Origin: Takakia lepidozioides
Taxonomy: Eukaryota > Plantae > Bryophyta
Length of the DNA stretch: 64,000 bases
NCBI GenBank assembly: GCA_030704615.1
Contig: CM060731.1
Coordinates: 84,940,001 to 85,004,000, forward strand
Direction: 5' to 3'
Made by a program: the position numbers and the translations under genes. The notes beneath the pieces were generated by a model that saw only the letters and a list, made by a program, of their open reading frames with translations, ran no database searches and had not been told where the DNA came from. Every line of letters begins with the position of its first letter. The stretch's first letter is position 1. Of this stretch, positions 48,101 to 60,700 are shown piece by piece.

Positions 48101-51100
48101 GAGAAGATGCAAAGTGTGGCAGATGAGGTCCCTTCAGGTCAGGAGAAGGAGATAATTGTTGATGTGGACGAAGAGTTCTATGAAAGCAAAGCCGCTGAGA
48201 TGCTGGGGGGTCAGAAGGTAAACTCTCAGCTTGTGGTGCAAAGTATGCTTGCCCCGGGTGGGAGGTTGAAGATTCCCCTGTGTAGGTTGGTTTCCATGCC
48301 CGTCGTTCGTACACCCCTCGTCAAGGACATTCTCAAGCTGGAGGCCGAGTTTGTGCATGGGTATTTGGATGGATCCGCAGTCTTTTACGTTTCTACTAGG
48401 GATTCCAAAGGTAATGAGCTCCTCGTGGATCAGTCAATCGTGGACTCTTGGGACCCCATTTGGAGACAGCTGAACGAATCCTTCGAACTTCTTCTCTCCA
48501 AGAAACCTTCCACCCAGGCATTCTCGGGAAAGATGTTTCATGTTTGGGATGGGAACCACCGCTTGCTTGCATGGATGGCTGTCATTGGGAGGCTGCACTC
48601 ACAGGAGGAAGAGTGACATTACTCTGTTCGATCGATGGTGCTGGATTGTGACGGGAACATGATGGGTCTTCTGACAGCAATGAATGATGTGAACAGGTTG
48701 GTTTCTCATTCTACATGTTCCACTTGTGGTTCCGTTCTTCTTTGATTGAAGACCTTGAATTTCATTCTGACTTGCAGATATCATTCTGCAGAGGAACGGA
48801 GACATTGCATGTCAAAACGAGTTTGGTTCACACACTGTATAGGATACAAAGGATAGGGCAGATGCCCTTGACCAACTTCAAGACCATCCTTTCAGCGGAG
48901 ATGTACAAGAAGTGCGAAAGCTCCAAGACATCGGAAACGTGGTACTCGTTGACCCGTGAGGCTTTCATGGAGTACATGTACACGGTGAGATACATCTTCC
49001 TTCATCTGGTCTTCCATATTCCACATGTTTGTTTTTCCATTGACCTTGTGCTGATGCAACTCTCTTGCATTCCCTTGCAGCAAGACATTGCAGATGCAGG
49101 GGAGCGTGGCAAACTGGAATACTACAGCTCTACCCCTGAAGAGAGAATGACAGCAAAGGGGGTTGAGAGTCGCATCCAGAAAGAGATGACCGCTACAAGA
49201 AGGACTATAATGAGTGTTTTCGTGAAGCAGTTGAGAATTGCCGACCCATCATTCGGACCGCAGTTTCTCCTGGAGATAAAAAAACCATTATAACAAGCCA
49301 GGCAAGCCAGAAATGGCCCAAGAGAAGTTGCACAGGTTGTCTACCGCCGTTGTGTCTCCAGAACAAAAGGTGAAGTGGCTGCAGATATGGAACTCCGATC
49401 CCACAGTTAGGGATACCCACATGTTCCCAAGGCCTGAGAAAGAGAAGAAGACCCAGCGTGTCATTCCTGTCAGTGACAATGTGCTGGACACCTGGCTTCA
49501 CAAGGCCACTTACTGGAGCCAGGTGTGATGTCCTTCCCTGTGTCACTGTCTTTTCTCTTTTCCTGTCCTTATCTTTCTATTGCCTCTTACATTTGCTGTG
49601 ATTGCTTTTGGGTTCATTCTTGCATTTGTATTGTTTTGCAGTTGGAAGAAAGGGCCAGATCGGTTCTGCATACTCAGCTGGCTGACTATGGCATCAGTAT
49701 GATAGCACCGAAGGTGTCCTTCGAAGCATACATGAGGAAATGGAGAGCCACAGTGTGGCACTCTTGTTTCTTTAGAGAGTTCAGCAAGGAGGGCGGCATC
49801 AGTCGAACAAATGAGCTGGACCAGCAAGAAAAAGGAGAGGAAGCCTGGAAACGATGCCTTTACAGGTGCACACTCTTGCACTACTTATTTGTGTTGTGGT
49901 TGCAATGTGTTGTGTGGCATACTGTTGAAGGGGGTCTTCCTGGTGTGATGGAAAAGTTGCCACACAATATTTCCATTGTAAAATGAGGCTGTCTCTGTTG
50001 CTGCAGGTACATAAAGTTTGTTCTCCTGGAAGAGAATTGCCTGGACAAACATCCGGATTTCGTGGACCTGTGGCTTGTCCCTGCTGGCAACCAGACCATG
50101 TTTACTACTGGGATCTTGCATGACTGGGGCCCAGACCATCTTTCTTCTTGTGGTTGGTATTTGGATTGCCCTCCTTCTGAGACCCCAGCTCCAGAGGTGT
50201 CTTTGAGGAGAGAGAATGACCGTATTGCAGCCACTGCCACAGCAGCCGACCTCGACATTCATGAACGTAATTTGAGGACTCTTGCAGAGAAGGAGCCTCC
50301 CACTCAGGATACACCAGGTAGAGGAAGAAAGGCAAAGGGAAAAGATGTTGCTGGTGTTGTTGGGAAGGGAAGGGGTAGAGGGAAGGTGGCACAAGGGCAG
50401 GGAAGTGTTGCAGATATTGGCCCTGTGGAGCATGTCTAGCAGACTCCACCGCATGGTAGGGGATCCAGGAGAAAAAACAAGGGGGTGGTTGATCCCAAGG
50501 ACCCGTACCATGCAGTGGAACATCCCACGAGGGTCATTCGCCCAACCAGGTTGGAGATGGCCAACGTCGGGTTCCTTGCCATGATGGAGTCGAAGAAATC
50601 TGATTACAAGGGCGAGCCATCACCAGTGTGGGACAGGATTGTGCAGTTCCTCAGCACGGTGCGTGTTCTCTTTGGGTTCTGTGGCTTCTGTTGTTTTTGT
50701 CTGCTGTGGGCATGGATCGTTTCTAAACTTGTGAGAATTCCATTGTATTTTTGTTTGCAGGCTAAAATGCCCAAATCCTGGGTGAACGGGAAGGAGAAGC
50801 CATATGCAGCCGAACTCATCATCTTGGACATCCCTGATGGGTTGGCAGTCCCGGATATCCCTCCATCGGGTGCTTGTCCGGGTTGGAATGCTTTTGATGA
50901 GCGCTACTGGCGGTGGGTTTTCTCCTTTTGCAACTTCTTCCTGTCCGATGCAGGTGTTTTGGTGCTCATCCAGTCCATCGACGGTCGGTGTCGCCGTGCA
51001 CTTTCCAGCTATTTGAAAGCCTCAGGCATGAGAGTCGTGAAGACATGGAATTGTGTGAACAACATGTACCTTACGAAGGGGGATCGTCCGGGAGAGATGG

Positions 51101-52205
51101 TAAGTTTTCCTTCTTCTTCCTCTTCTTGGTTGTTCTCGGATGGGGTTGTATAGGTCGCTCGAACTCATATGTAGGGGCCCGATTTTTTTTTGCTTCTTAG
51201 TTCCTTGTGGATGTCATGTTTGCAGACTCGTCTATTTGAAGCTGTTTGTCTCGTCCGGGTGCATCCACAAACGACTCCGGCTGGCATTACCGAGTTTGCC
51301 ATCACTCATGGGGCCAAGTTCATAGATGACAGGACAGATCCCCCCACGGATGACATGCATCACAACTACGTCGACAGCAACGTGTGCTTGCGAAGGGGGA
51401 ATGGGGTTCCTTGGAGAGGGGCGAGGGAGAGGAGCCCGGCTTTCATTCAAACGATTGTGGAGTGCTGCACCTACACAGACGCCAGAGTTCTGGATTTGTC
51501 GATGGGCACAGGTTCGTCTCTTCAACATTCACATTTCATGAGGTTTGATTGAGCTTACACTTTCAGCACTTCCCACCGTTCCGAATGTGTCTTCAATGTC
51601 TTCTTCATTCATTCTATTCCACTGCAGGTGCTTCTTACCACGCTTGCAAGGCCAGTGCGCGACATCTCTTTGGGATTGAAGGGGATGCTGAGATTTACAA
51701 GAACCTCCTGATGGGTTTGGGTGGACACACTTCTCAAGTCCTTCCGAAGCCCCGTCCCGTTGATACTGATACAGAGGAGACTTCTGACAAGGAGCTGGAC
51801 TCCGACTTTGCCTGTGAGTAAGTTCAACCTTTGCATGCTTGCATTGTTGTTTCAATATCGAGAATCGCTGTTCTTGAGGCAAAGTGCACATTGGAGACAT
51901 CCTCTTTGTTGGACTTGTGCATTGCATCATTGTGTTAAAAATGGGGTTTTGTGGACATGTGCAGGAGTCCGCGTGCTTCCACTTGCCCTCCAGGGCTATC
52001 ACACCTATTTGGACTTGTTTGCAGTCCTCCTCGGTCTTGCGTGCTACCTGTCTATGCGGAGGCACTCGCAGCAAGCATGTCCGTTCATGGGACTCCGAGT
52101 CCACCTTACGACGGCCTTCGTAGAACACGTGGTGTTGGGGCCAGAACCTTTGTAGATGACATAGCACAGGAGGTGGACACTGATTGTGATGACTGCGACA
52201 CTTGA
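48101..52205 (+). pseudogene. Element B ParB-MTase fusion gene (exon 2 to last), disrupted
   Basis: FHVWDGNHRLLAW, IILDIPDG, RSPAFIQTIVECC, RVLDLSMGTG|ASYHAC..RHLFGIEGD. Stops at 48614-48616 and 50437-50439, frameshift near 49290. Last exon 51965-52205. Confidence 0.88.
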
Positions 52206-52717
52206 TATGAAGTTTTCTTTTGGTTTAATTCTGGGCCAAATTTGAAATGGGATGGTTGTGTTTCCTTGTTGTCCTGTTTGCAATGTGTGCGTGGAATTCA
52301 CATTCATGGTTACAAACTATTGTTGGAGATGGGGGTTGCATGGACTGCCTGGATTGTTCCTTCAATCTATTTGGTGTTTTGTGGACCTCACAGACTTAAG
52401 TACATTGCGAAAACAAACAAACCACTTTGGTTCGTGTAGAGCATCCTCGCATCATTTGCTAGTTGGTCCCCAAACTATTCCTGCTAGAAGAATGGTTGGT
52501 GAATCCATCACGGTGAAGTCCACCTCATCAAAAACTGTTTAGGCATTCTCAATTCTACCCAAATCAACCCGCGGAAATAGGTGACACCACTCGGAAATAG
52601 GTGACATCCGCGGAAATAGGCACTGTTTGCATGCTGACGTGGCGTGAGCCTGTGCTGGGCTCACGCTTTCCTGGGCTCACAGGCTCACGCCTCCGGGCTC
52701 ACGGAATAGCACCCCCC

Positions 52718-53030
52718 ATGATGAGGGAAGAGAGTTCGTAGTGGCTTATGCTAGCCGCTCGAACAACGTTGCAGAGTCTAAGTATAGCTCATATGAGGGA
52801 GAATGCTTAGCTGCAGTGTGGGCCGTGGCACACTTCAGGTGCTATCTATACGGTAATTTCTTGACCCTTGTCACGGATCACCAACCACTCAAGTGGTTGA
52901 TGGAGTCAGACAAGCTTACGGGGAAGCTTGCACGGTGGGCACTCATCCTTCAAGAGTATGACTTTCAGGTGGTGCATCGACCGGGTTTGGTCAATCGCAA
53001 TGCGGATGGGTTGAGTCGTAATCATTCACG
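52718..53030 (+). pseudogene. Ty3/gypsy RNase H fragment
   Basis: VAYASRSNNVAESKYSSYEGECLAAVWAVAHFRCYLYG..TDHQPLKWL..NADGLSR. Confidence 0.92.
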
Positions 53031-53039
53031 AGCCAGCAG

Positions 53040-55398
53040 GATGACACTGGAGCTATTACTGGAAGTAGGACCTTCAGAGAGGGAAGAGGAAGTTACTTCA
53101 GTATCACAGCCATCACAGCCAGATGATCGGCTTGTCACAAAGTTACCACAAGTTGTCCATGCAGTTCAACCAGAAATAATTGATTTAGAAAAAGAAGGGT
53201 TAGATATTCCCACTACAGAACAGGTGGTGGCAGAAATTGAGAAGGGGGACCTTCTCTATGAATATTCTGGTATGGTCAAAGACACAGTGATTCCGGAGGT
53301 GCAACGATTGTCCAGGGGAAACCCTGCGGCGCATATAATACACACACCTGTGACGGAGGTACCACAGGTAGAATGCCAAGACACTGCAGCACCAGTGACG
53401 GATGGAGAGGTTCAGGAAGAAAATCTAGTGGGGCAATGGCCTGAGTGGTTCGTAAGGCATCACACTGTTGAGGATCAGGGAGAACAGCAGCAAGCTCACC
53501 AAGATGACCCTCAATAGGCGATGCTTATGAGTTCCATAAACATGACACTTAATTTGTTGGGTACTTATGTCAAATCACATGTTCCCACTACTCAATTGGC
53601 AGCTTTGAGGGAGGAACTCAGGAAGGAGTTTGAGGCTCGACTTGCCACAGAGTGTGCAAATAAGGTCGATGAAGAGGTCACTCTCAAGATGCAGCAAGAC
53701 TTGGAGAGTACAGAAGTGGCTTTGCAATTGGCCAAGGAACAATTGATTGAGGAAGGCCTCGCGCAAGACCAGTTGCACGAAGCACATAAGCAACAGCTAT
53801 ACCAAATGCAAGTGAAGCATGAAAGCAAGTTGCAACAAGTGAATGCACTATATACGGAGTTGCAGACAGTGCATGACAGGATGGCCATCCAATATGCTAC
53901 ACTCACAACTATGCTTGACCAATCTACAACAGAAATAAACAGTCAAGCGGAAAGATGTACGAAGGCAGAGGCAGAAAATGTTGAGCAAGTGAAACTCATT
54001 GTCGATATGAAGAATACAATCTGTCGCAATGAGGATACTTTCAAGCAATACAGACAGGTTGAAGCTGACCAAGAGAGACACATACTGGAGTTGCAACAAA
54101 CAATCATGGCCAATAGAAATGAAATCTCTGTCACTAACAAGGCTTGGAAGGAAGCCAATAATCTGCTTGCTGCCTATGCGAATTTGGTTGAACCTCATGC
54201 GAAGCACATGGAAGCTTTACAACAGCAGTTAGATATGTACAAACTCAGAGAGGAGCAGACTCTCAGAGGTACCAGGCTGTGGTGGCTGTGATGTGGCTGT
54301 AGTAACAACAGGGTCAGCTACTGGCACAGTGACTTGTTGTGGTGTTGGTGGCACTGGCTCTTGTACCATTGGCATCTCCTGCACCTCCTGTGAAGAAGAC
54401 TGAAAAGCCAAAGTTCTCGCTTTTAAATAAGAAGCCATTAGCTGTTCCTCAGGTACACAGACTCTGTTGTCGATATTTGAAGTGAGGTCCTCCACTTGAG
54501 TCTGCAGGCCGTCTACATCCTCCTGTAACTCCGCTATCCTACTATATACATTGTCTATAGTAATTGTGGCAATGTTCTGCACTTGCAGTCTGAGCTCATT
54601 CATCTCGCTTTGGGTGAGCTTTCGTGGTGTTTTGCCCTCCACTGGCCCTTGTGCTAACCAGACCTGCATAAGGTGGTTATCCACTAAGTTTCTGCTTGTT
54701 TTCTGGTACTTTACCACATTGAGCAGCACAAGATGCAATCGCACTTTCTGAGTTATTCCAGTGGGGATCATTGGGTCTTACCTTCAGTGCCACCTCATAT
54801 GTACCTATATGAGGCAAAAGTTATGATGCAAAAGGATTCTCAAATTCGTTCATGGTTTCATGCGGCCTGGAACAATTTGTCAACACAGAAATTCGGCCCT
54901 GACGATATTTTCTTTAAGGGACATGAAGGATGGAAATACTTGCACAATTCACAAGTCATTGGTACCCCACTCACCTGGACAGACAAAGAGCTCAGGGTCT
55001 TCACCAATTTTGCCATTCAGCGTTTGCAGCAAGTTTTAAAATTTAAACTTCCAGACATGGTAGGACAACATTGTATGCCCCAAAGGATTCCACAAAAAGT
55101 TCGACAGCTAAAACACCTGAGAGGAGATGAGGATTCTGATACAACTGTTTCTTCAGCGGACTCTTTTGACATGGGAGAAGACTATGCAATTCAGATGGTA
55201 GAGAAGAAGCGACGAGGGTCTCCTATGCCTGAAAGATTACCTCGATATCAGCCTCCAGAGGGCCTCACATATCCAGGTAGTGTTCAATCATCTCCGTCAA
55301 CCAGTGACAGACCTCGGGCTCATACACAGAGTCCTTCACGAGACTCTCAACGTCAGAAAGGTACTCGCTCACAAAGGTTTGCTAATCCCAATCAGTAA
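53040..55398 (+). pseudogene. Coiled-coil and other accessory ORF fragments from the 3' region of an LTR retrotransposon
   Basis: ORFs 53521-54291 (heptad-rich), 54229-54771 (-) and 54733-55398 lie directly upstream of the PPT and LTR. Confidence 0.45.
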
Positions 55399-55419
55399 AC
55401 CGTGAGGACACGGTTTTTT

Positions 55420-56446
55420 GAGAGGGGAAGGGGTAATGTTAGAGGACTATCTGGGACTTAGATACTTATACGGGATCTGTGAGGTGCCCTTAATTTTTGC
55501 ACAGACAGAGACCAACAGGAGCCTTAGGGGTGACAGCAGCGCACTTTAGAGGGGGGTTACACAGCCCGTCACAGTCCGACACAGCCAACACAGCCAGACA
55601 CAGTCAACACAGCTCGTCACAGCCCGACACAACCCATCACAGCCAACACAGCCCGTCACAGTCCGACACAGCCGACACAGCCAGACACAGCCAGACACAG
55701 CCGTCACAGCCAGTCACAGCTTGACACAGTCGCACAGCCAGTCACAGCTTGACACAGCTGTCACGACCATAGGGAACGGATAGCAGGACAGGGAACGACT
55801 GTGGGGAACAACATCTGCGAATGGAACATGTTAGTACACGGATGACGACGGTTAGTGAGGGAAACGGTTAGAACAACGGGTAGGAAGATAAAGCCAGGAG
55901 CGAGGACGGGAGAAGGATCACTTCTTGGGGAATTCTGGGAAAGGGGAGAGAGATCACTTGGAGAGGGGACTTCGGACATCACGGGAGGAAAGGAGGAGAG
56001 AGAGCATCTCTGAGCGGAAGGAGGGAGAGCACAGAGTAGGAGGAGGGCGATCTGTTGATGCTTAATGAATGCAAGCAGTAGAGTTGTAATGTAGAGCAGA
56101 TTAGACACTCCATGGCTTCAGCCTGATACTTGATAGATATTAATCTGATACATACTTCATACTCACACTGTGTAGAGAGATCTGAGTGAAGCTGTGGAAT
56201 GAATGGATGAGTTGATGGGATCTGATAGATTGCTGAAGCAAACTGATACTTAATTACCAACAGTAAAGTAACTAGCTAACATGAATGCGGGAAGGAAAAC
56301 AAATAGGAAACACCCCCATGATACACTAGCTGTAGGTCATGACTGATTGTTCTGAGCGGGCTAAGTGCTTAGAGATTTCCAACTCTTCTATCTTGGAGTT
56401 TCCGCCTCGGATAGCAAAGGGATGGGTGAGCAAAAGCCGCGTGACA
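55420..56446 (+). mobile_element. Polypurine tract plus 3' LTR (55437-56446)
   Basis: GAGAGGGGAAGGGGTAA then TGTTAGAGG..GTGACA; diverged homologue of 30531-31544. Confidence 0.88.
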
Positions 56447-56760
56447 CATATGACCCAAGGGACTTTCGCCGAGGCTCTCCAAGTACTCTGTATCGACTAG
56501 GGCGCACTCTCCACTGGCTGACATGAGCCGTCTCATCACGGTTTTGGAAAGAGTATTTCAACAACTTCCCTTTCAAATCGTACACCTCTTTCTCCAAAAA
56601 GATGGAGCCATTCTGAAGCTGAAAACGGGTAGCCAAGACATGTTCCAGAACAATTGCAAATCCATTGTCAAGGACTTCCTAGGAGAACGGCACTGGTTTG
56701 TTGTCAGAGAAGAACTCCGCTTCAGAGGAAGCCATCTTCCTTCCTCGCGTACGTTGATAC
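56447..56760 (-). pseudogene. 5' end of the element C transposase, truncated by the LTR
   Basis: RFQLQNGSIFLEKEVYDLKG..WRVRPSRYRVLGEPRRKSLGS aligns with B (FPLELGSLLVQKEVYDEDG..WRVLPGTYRVLGKERRQLAGS) and A (YHLKPGSVFLEEERKDSNG..WRVPP). Confidence 0.8.
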
Positions 56761-57741
56761 CTTGCTATCGCAGACCTTCAGTGTAAATCGGTTTACTGAT
56801 GTCTCCAGAACACAGTTGAAGAATGAGCAGAGAATATGGCGGAGGAAGCTCAGACGACGACTGTGCATATTCTGTTATTCCTTCCAGATATGCAGCCGTC
56901 CATTTTAATTACTTTTCTTGTGGGCCCAGTGGTCAGAGTATCCCTATGAGCAATGTCGGCAGCTGTTAAACCATTCATCAAAACCTCATCAATAAACATA
57001 ATAACAAGCCGACTTCCTGGAAGCACGCCACAGGATCTGAGGGTGGGATTGCAGATAAAGTAAATGTATCTTTATACTACTACCAATGATCATGCGCACC
57101 TGGAAAGTTCAAAATGTGAAACGAACGTGGGGTTGGCTAACAAGGATGAACGTGTATGATATCCCAAAATTTGTCATCAAACTCTCGTTCATTTACATAT
57201 ATTTGTCTAAGACTGTGCGCCAAGATTTCTGGGATTCGCTGTTATTTTTAAATATTGAAACCGTTCTAATAAAGAACACGCCGTTTATTTTGGGCGACAC
57301 ACATCAGACATCGATAACTAAATACGAACAGCTATACACTAATTGCTGGCATGTGCACTATTAAGGGAACAACTATGTGTAACGATCACGCGAGAGGGAA
57401 TCCGATGCTTCTAGAGACAAGCAACAACGCATGCAATCCCGCAAGAAATCGGGAGTCATTTCGTTTTTCTACTTTTCGCGCTTAGAGGGAGAGTGGTAGT
57501 CAAGCTGGAGAGGGTTCCTTCTACAATACGAAAGAGAAGAAAGTCTCTTTATTTTACTTCCCTTAGAGAGAGACGCAGAGCAAGAGAGCAAATGACGAGG
57601 CGTCGTTTGTTGGAGAACACAGGGCCAAGGCAGTAGGTGAACGCGGAGACTGATTCACAAGAGCAGACCGAGACTGAGGCAACGGCTGTGACATAGTCGG
57701 TGATAACAGTGCGCGTTGGAAACCAGCCTGTGGATGCCGAG

Positions 57742-60700
57742 ATGACTCGTAGGGAAACTGAAGGAGGTGGAAGTACGAGGAACGCTGAACCGGGAGAAGG
57801 TCCAGAAACCCTAGAGCAGACAGAAATTCCAGCAGATGTGAGAGGGAAGAGGAAAGCTGCAGAAGGGGATCCAATTTCAAAACCTAAGAAGGCGCCAGTA
57901 AGTTTTCTCTAACTTACATTTCATTGTTGAAGATCTGCGTAGAGATTGAGTGGAATGTCCCAGAAAGGGATTGTCGCTACCGACCATCACCATGAAACAA
58001 CGATGATTTGCTTTCTACTCCTCTGTTAAGGGTTTACCGCACAATGAGTGGGTGACTGACGGTACCGTCATTCACTGTTGTTCAGATCATACAGTCTGTC
58101 TGATTGCCTTTCAAGCAGTCCTTCCTCTTCCCTTCTTTAGCAGGAACAAGTCATTGAAGTCTATTGAATTGCAAGCGTCGTCAACGCCATTCGATTCTCC
58201 TCATGAGATTTATGTACCTATGTGTTTGAAGAGAGAGTCAGGGTCAGCATATTCAGTCATAATGTTTTGCAATGCATTTTCTTTGTTTGAGGTTGAACAG
58301 ATAGAGAAGTGGAAAGGCGGTACCGCCAATCAAAGATTTGAAGACCATACTGTAGATTCAGGTAGAGTATCGATTGGAAAGTAGACAAGAAACAGTGAAT
58401 GCTTGCGACGTTCATCACAATGGAGTCAATCTGAATAATCTGCACTTACTGTCCGCCCTAAACTATACTGAATGTCGTTGCCGCCAATCACTTACACATA
58501 TATGTCATTGCACAACACCGATCCGGCAGGTCCTTGTCTTTTGTGATTGTCGTTAACGCTGTTCGCTCTTGCTCAAAACCTTTCTGTTCATGTGTCCCTA
58601 GAATCATAGTGTTTTGTTTTGAATTCGGCAGGATCAGCTTTGCTTGTGTAGATGGTTCTGAATTTGTTTCACACCATTCATTGTAAGTTGAGACAAGACA
58701 GAGTGATGGTCGTTACCGCCGTTCACTATTTGCACATTACTCAGTCAGATTTGAATGGCATTGTGCAGAAAACTGTGAGGTCCAAGCCTACAGGATCAGA
58801 GGGGAAAGGATCTAGAGATGGGGACGAGTCTGGAAAAAGCTCAAAGAATAACGATGAAGGAGATGAATATGAAGTGCACTACCTTGACAAGGTGAAAGAA
58901 CTCATGTCATTCCAGAAGGTAAACTCTCAGGAGGTTATAAGGGACATGCTCGTATCTGGAGGGCGTCTGGACATCCCTCTGTGCCGGATGATATCTATGC
59001 CTGTTGTGCGTCCACATCTTTCCCATGACATAACAAAATTGGAGAGTGATTTTGTGCATGGATACAGACTTGGTGCACAAGTTTTTTATGTGTCACTGAC
59101 GGATATAAATGGGAAAAGCACATTAGTGTCTCCAGAGATCAGTGATACCTGGGATGAGTGCTGGAAAGATGCTAATGAGGAGTTTGAGCTGGGCCTCATG
59201 ATGGGAAAGAACACCAACAATTCTGCAACCACATGTTCTACGTCTGGGACGGCAATTACCGATTGCTGGCATGGATGGGATACATTCATAAACATCATGC
59301 GAAAGACAAAGACAAGCATGTTGCTGTGGAGGCAATGGTTTTGGATCCTGGAAACGACATCGCTAGGCTTCTTACAGCTATGCACGACGTGAACAAGTAA
59401 GTCATCCTAGAGACTTCATTCCCTCTGTAGTGTCTTGTTAATCCCAAAAAAACAGTGTTAAGGAATGCAATGTTTCCAATGTTTTTTGCAGATCGACAGA
59501 GAAATCGCATGTGACAACAAGCTTGGTCCACACACTATTCCGAATTCAGAGGATTGGTCTGATGAAGCTGGATGATTTTTGGACAGTACTCCCCCCCAAT
59601 ATAATCAAGAAGTGCGAAACAGGAAGAGCTGCAGGCACTTGGTATTCTTTGACTCGAGAGACGTTTCTGGAGTACATGTATGCGGTAAGCCCGAGTCTGT
59701 ACTCAGTTTACTTTTCGAATACATGTTTGTAGTCCCTTCGGTGCTAATCACTATTTGAATCAATGTAGCAAGAACTGGCAGAGGCAACTGAGAAGGGAAA
59801 ATCCGAATATTACCGCACACTACACCAGAGGAACTAAGGACATCAAAGGGTGTGGAAGCAGCAATAAAGAAGGAGTTTGAAATGCGAAGAACCAAATTGA
59901 TGTCCGCCTTCGGAAAGCAGCTTAGAATAGTAGATCCTGGACTTGGTTCTGAGTTCCTTCAGCAGATCAAATCTCACTATGACAAGCATGTGCATCCGGA
60001 GATGCAACAGGATAAATTGCACCGGCTGGCCATATCCATGGTCGACCCACAAACAAAAATAAGGTGGCTAGAGATATGGAACTCAGATCAGACAGTAAAG
60101 GACTTGAATCAGTTCCCAAATAGCACCATACAGCCTGGCACAAAGGTGGAAGGAATCAGTGATTTGGTGTTTGATAACTGGCTCCACAAGGCTACATTTT
60201 GGAGTCAGGTGTGTATTCAAATAAGCCGTTTTCTTTTCTTCAATTATGTGATGAGTATCTTATTTGCAATACTGACAAATATACAATTTGCAGCTCGAAA
60301 AAACGCGCCGTCATTGTGCTGGATCAGACTTTGAAGGACTTGAACATTTCGATTGTTTCCCCTCCCCAAATGTCATTGGAGGCATACATAAGGAAGTGGA
60401 GAGGTCTCACTTGGAGATACTGTTTTTTCCGGGAGTTCTCCAAAGATGGTAACATTTTACGGTCCAACGACTTTGACAGTCAGGTTGGAGGAGAGTGGGC
60501 CATGATGCGAGTTGTGTACATGTGCAATATCATACTGGAAACTCTACTGCACTTTTTGGGAAATAATTAGGCTTCATAAGGATTGTAATCATAGATCCAA
60601 ATTGAATGTCGTTGAGAACATTCACTTCTTTGTCTGAGTCATTCTTAAGCGAGAATTTGAATTCACCTGGATTAGGAGCTTAGGGTGTAATTATAGTGTC

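Larger units (their letters stand above)
46310..52717. mobile_element. Element B, MTase-side half
   Basis: Satellite, ParB-MTase exons, subterminal CGGAAATAGG x3 and GCTCAC repeats. Terminus GGGCTCACGGAATAGCACCCCCC ends at 52717 and abuts gypsy pol. Confidence 0.8.

Noticed and set aside
21600-52725. TSD for element B
   Set aside because: The flanks (reverse complement GCAGGAAG versus ATGATGAG) do not match and belong to different relics, so an adjacent deletion or rearrangement is likely.
30531-56446. The two LTRs as ends of a single retrotransposon
   Set aside because: They are visibly diverged, and the flanks GTTCC and CATAT are not a TSD.
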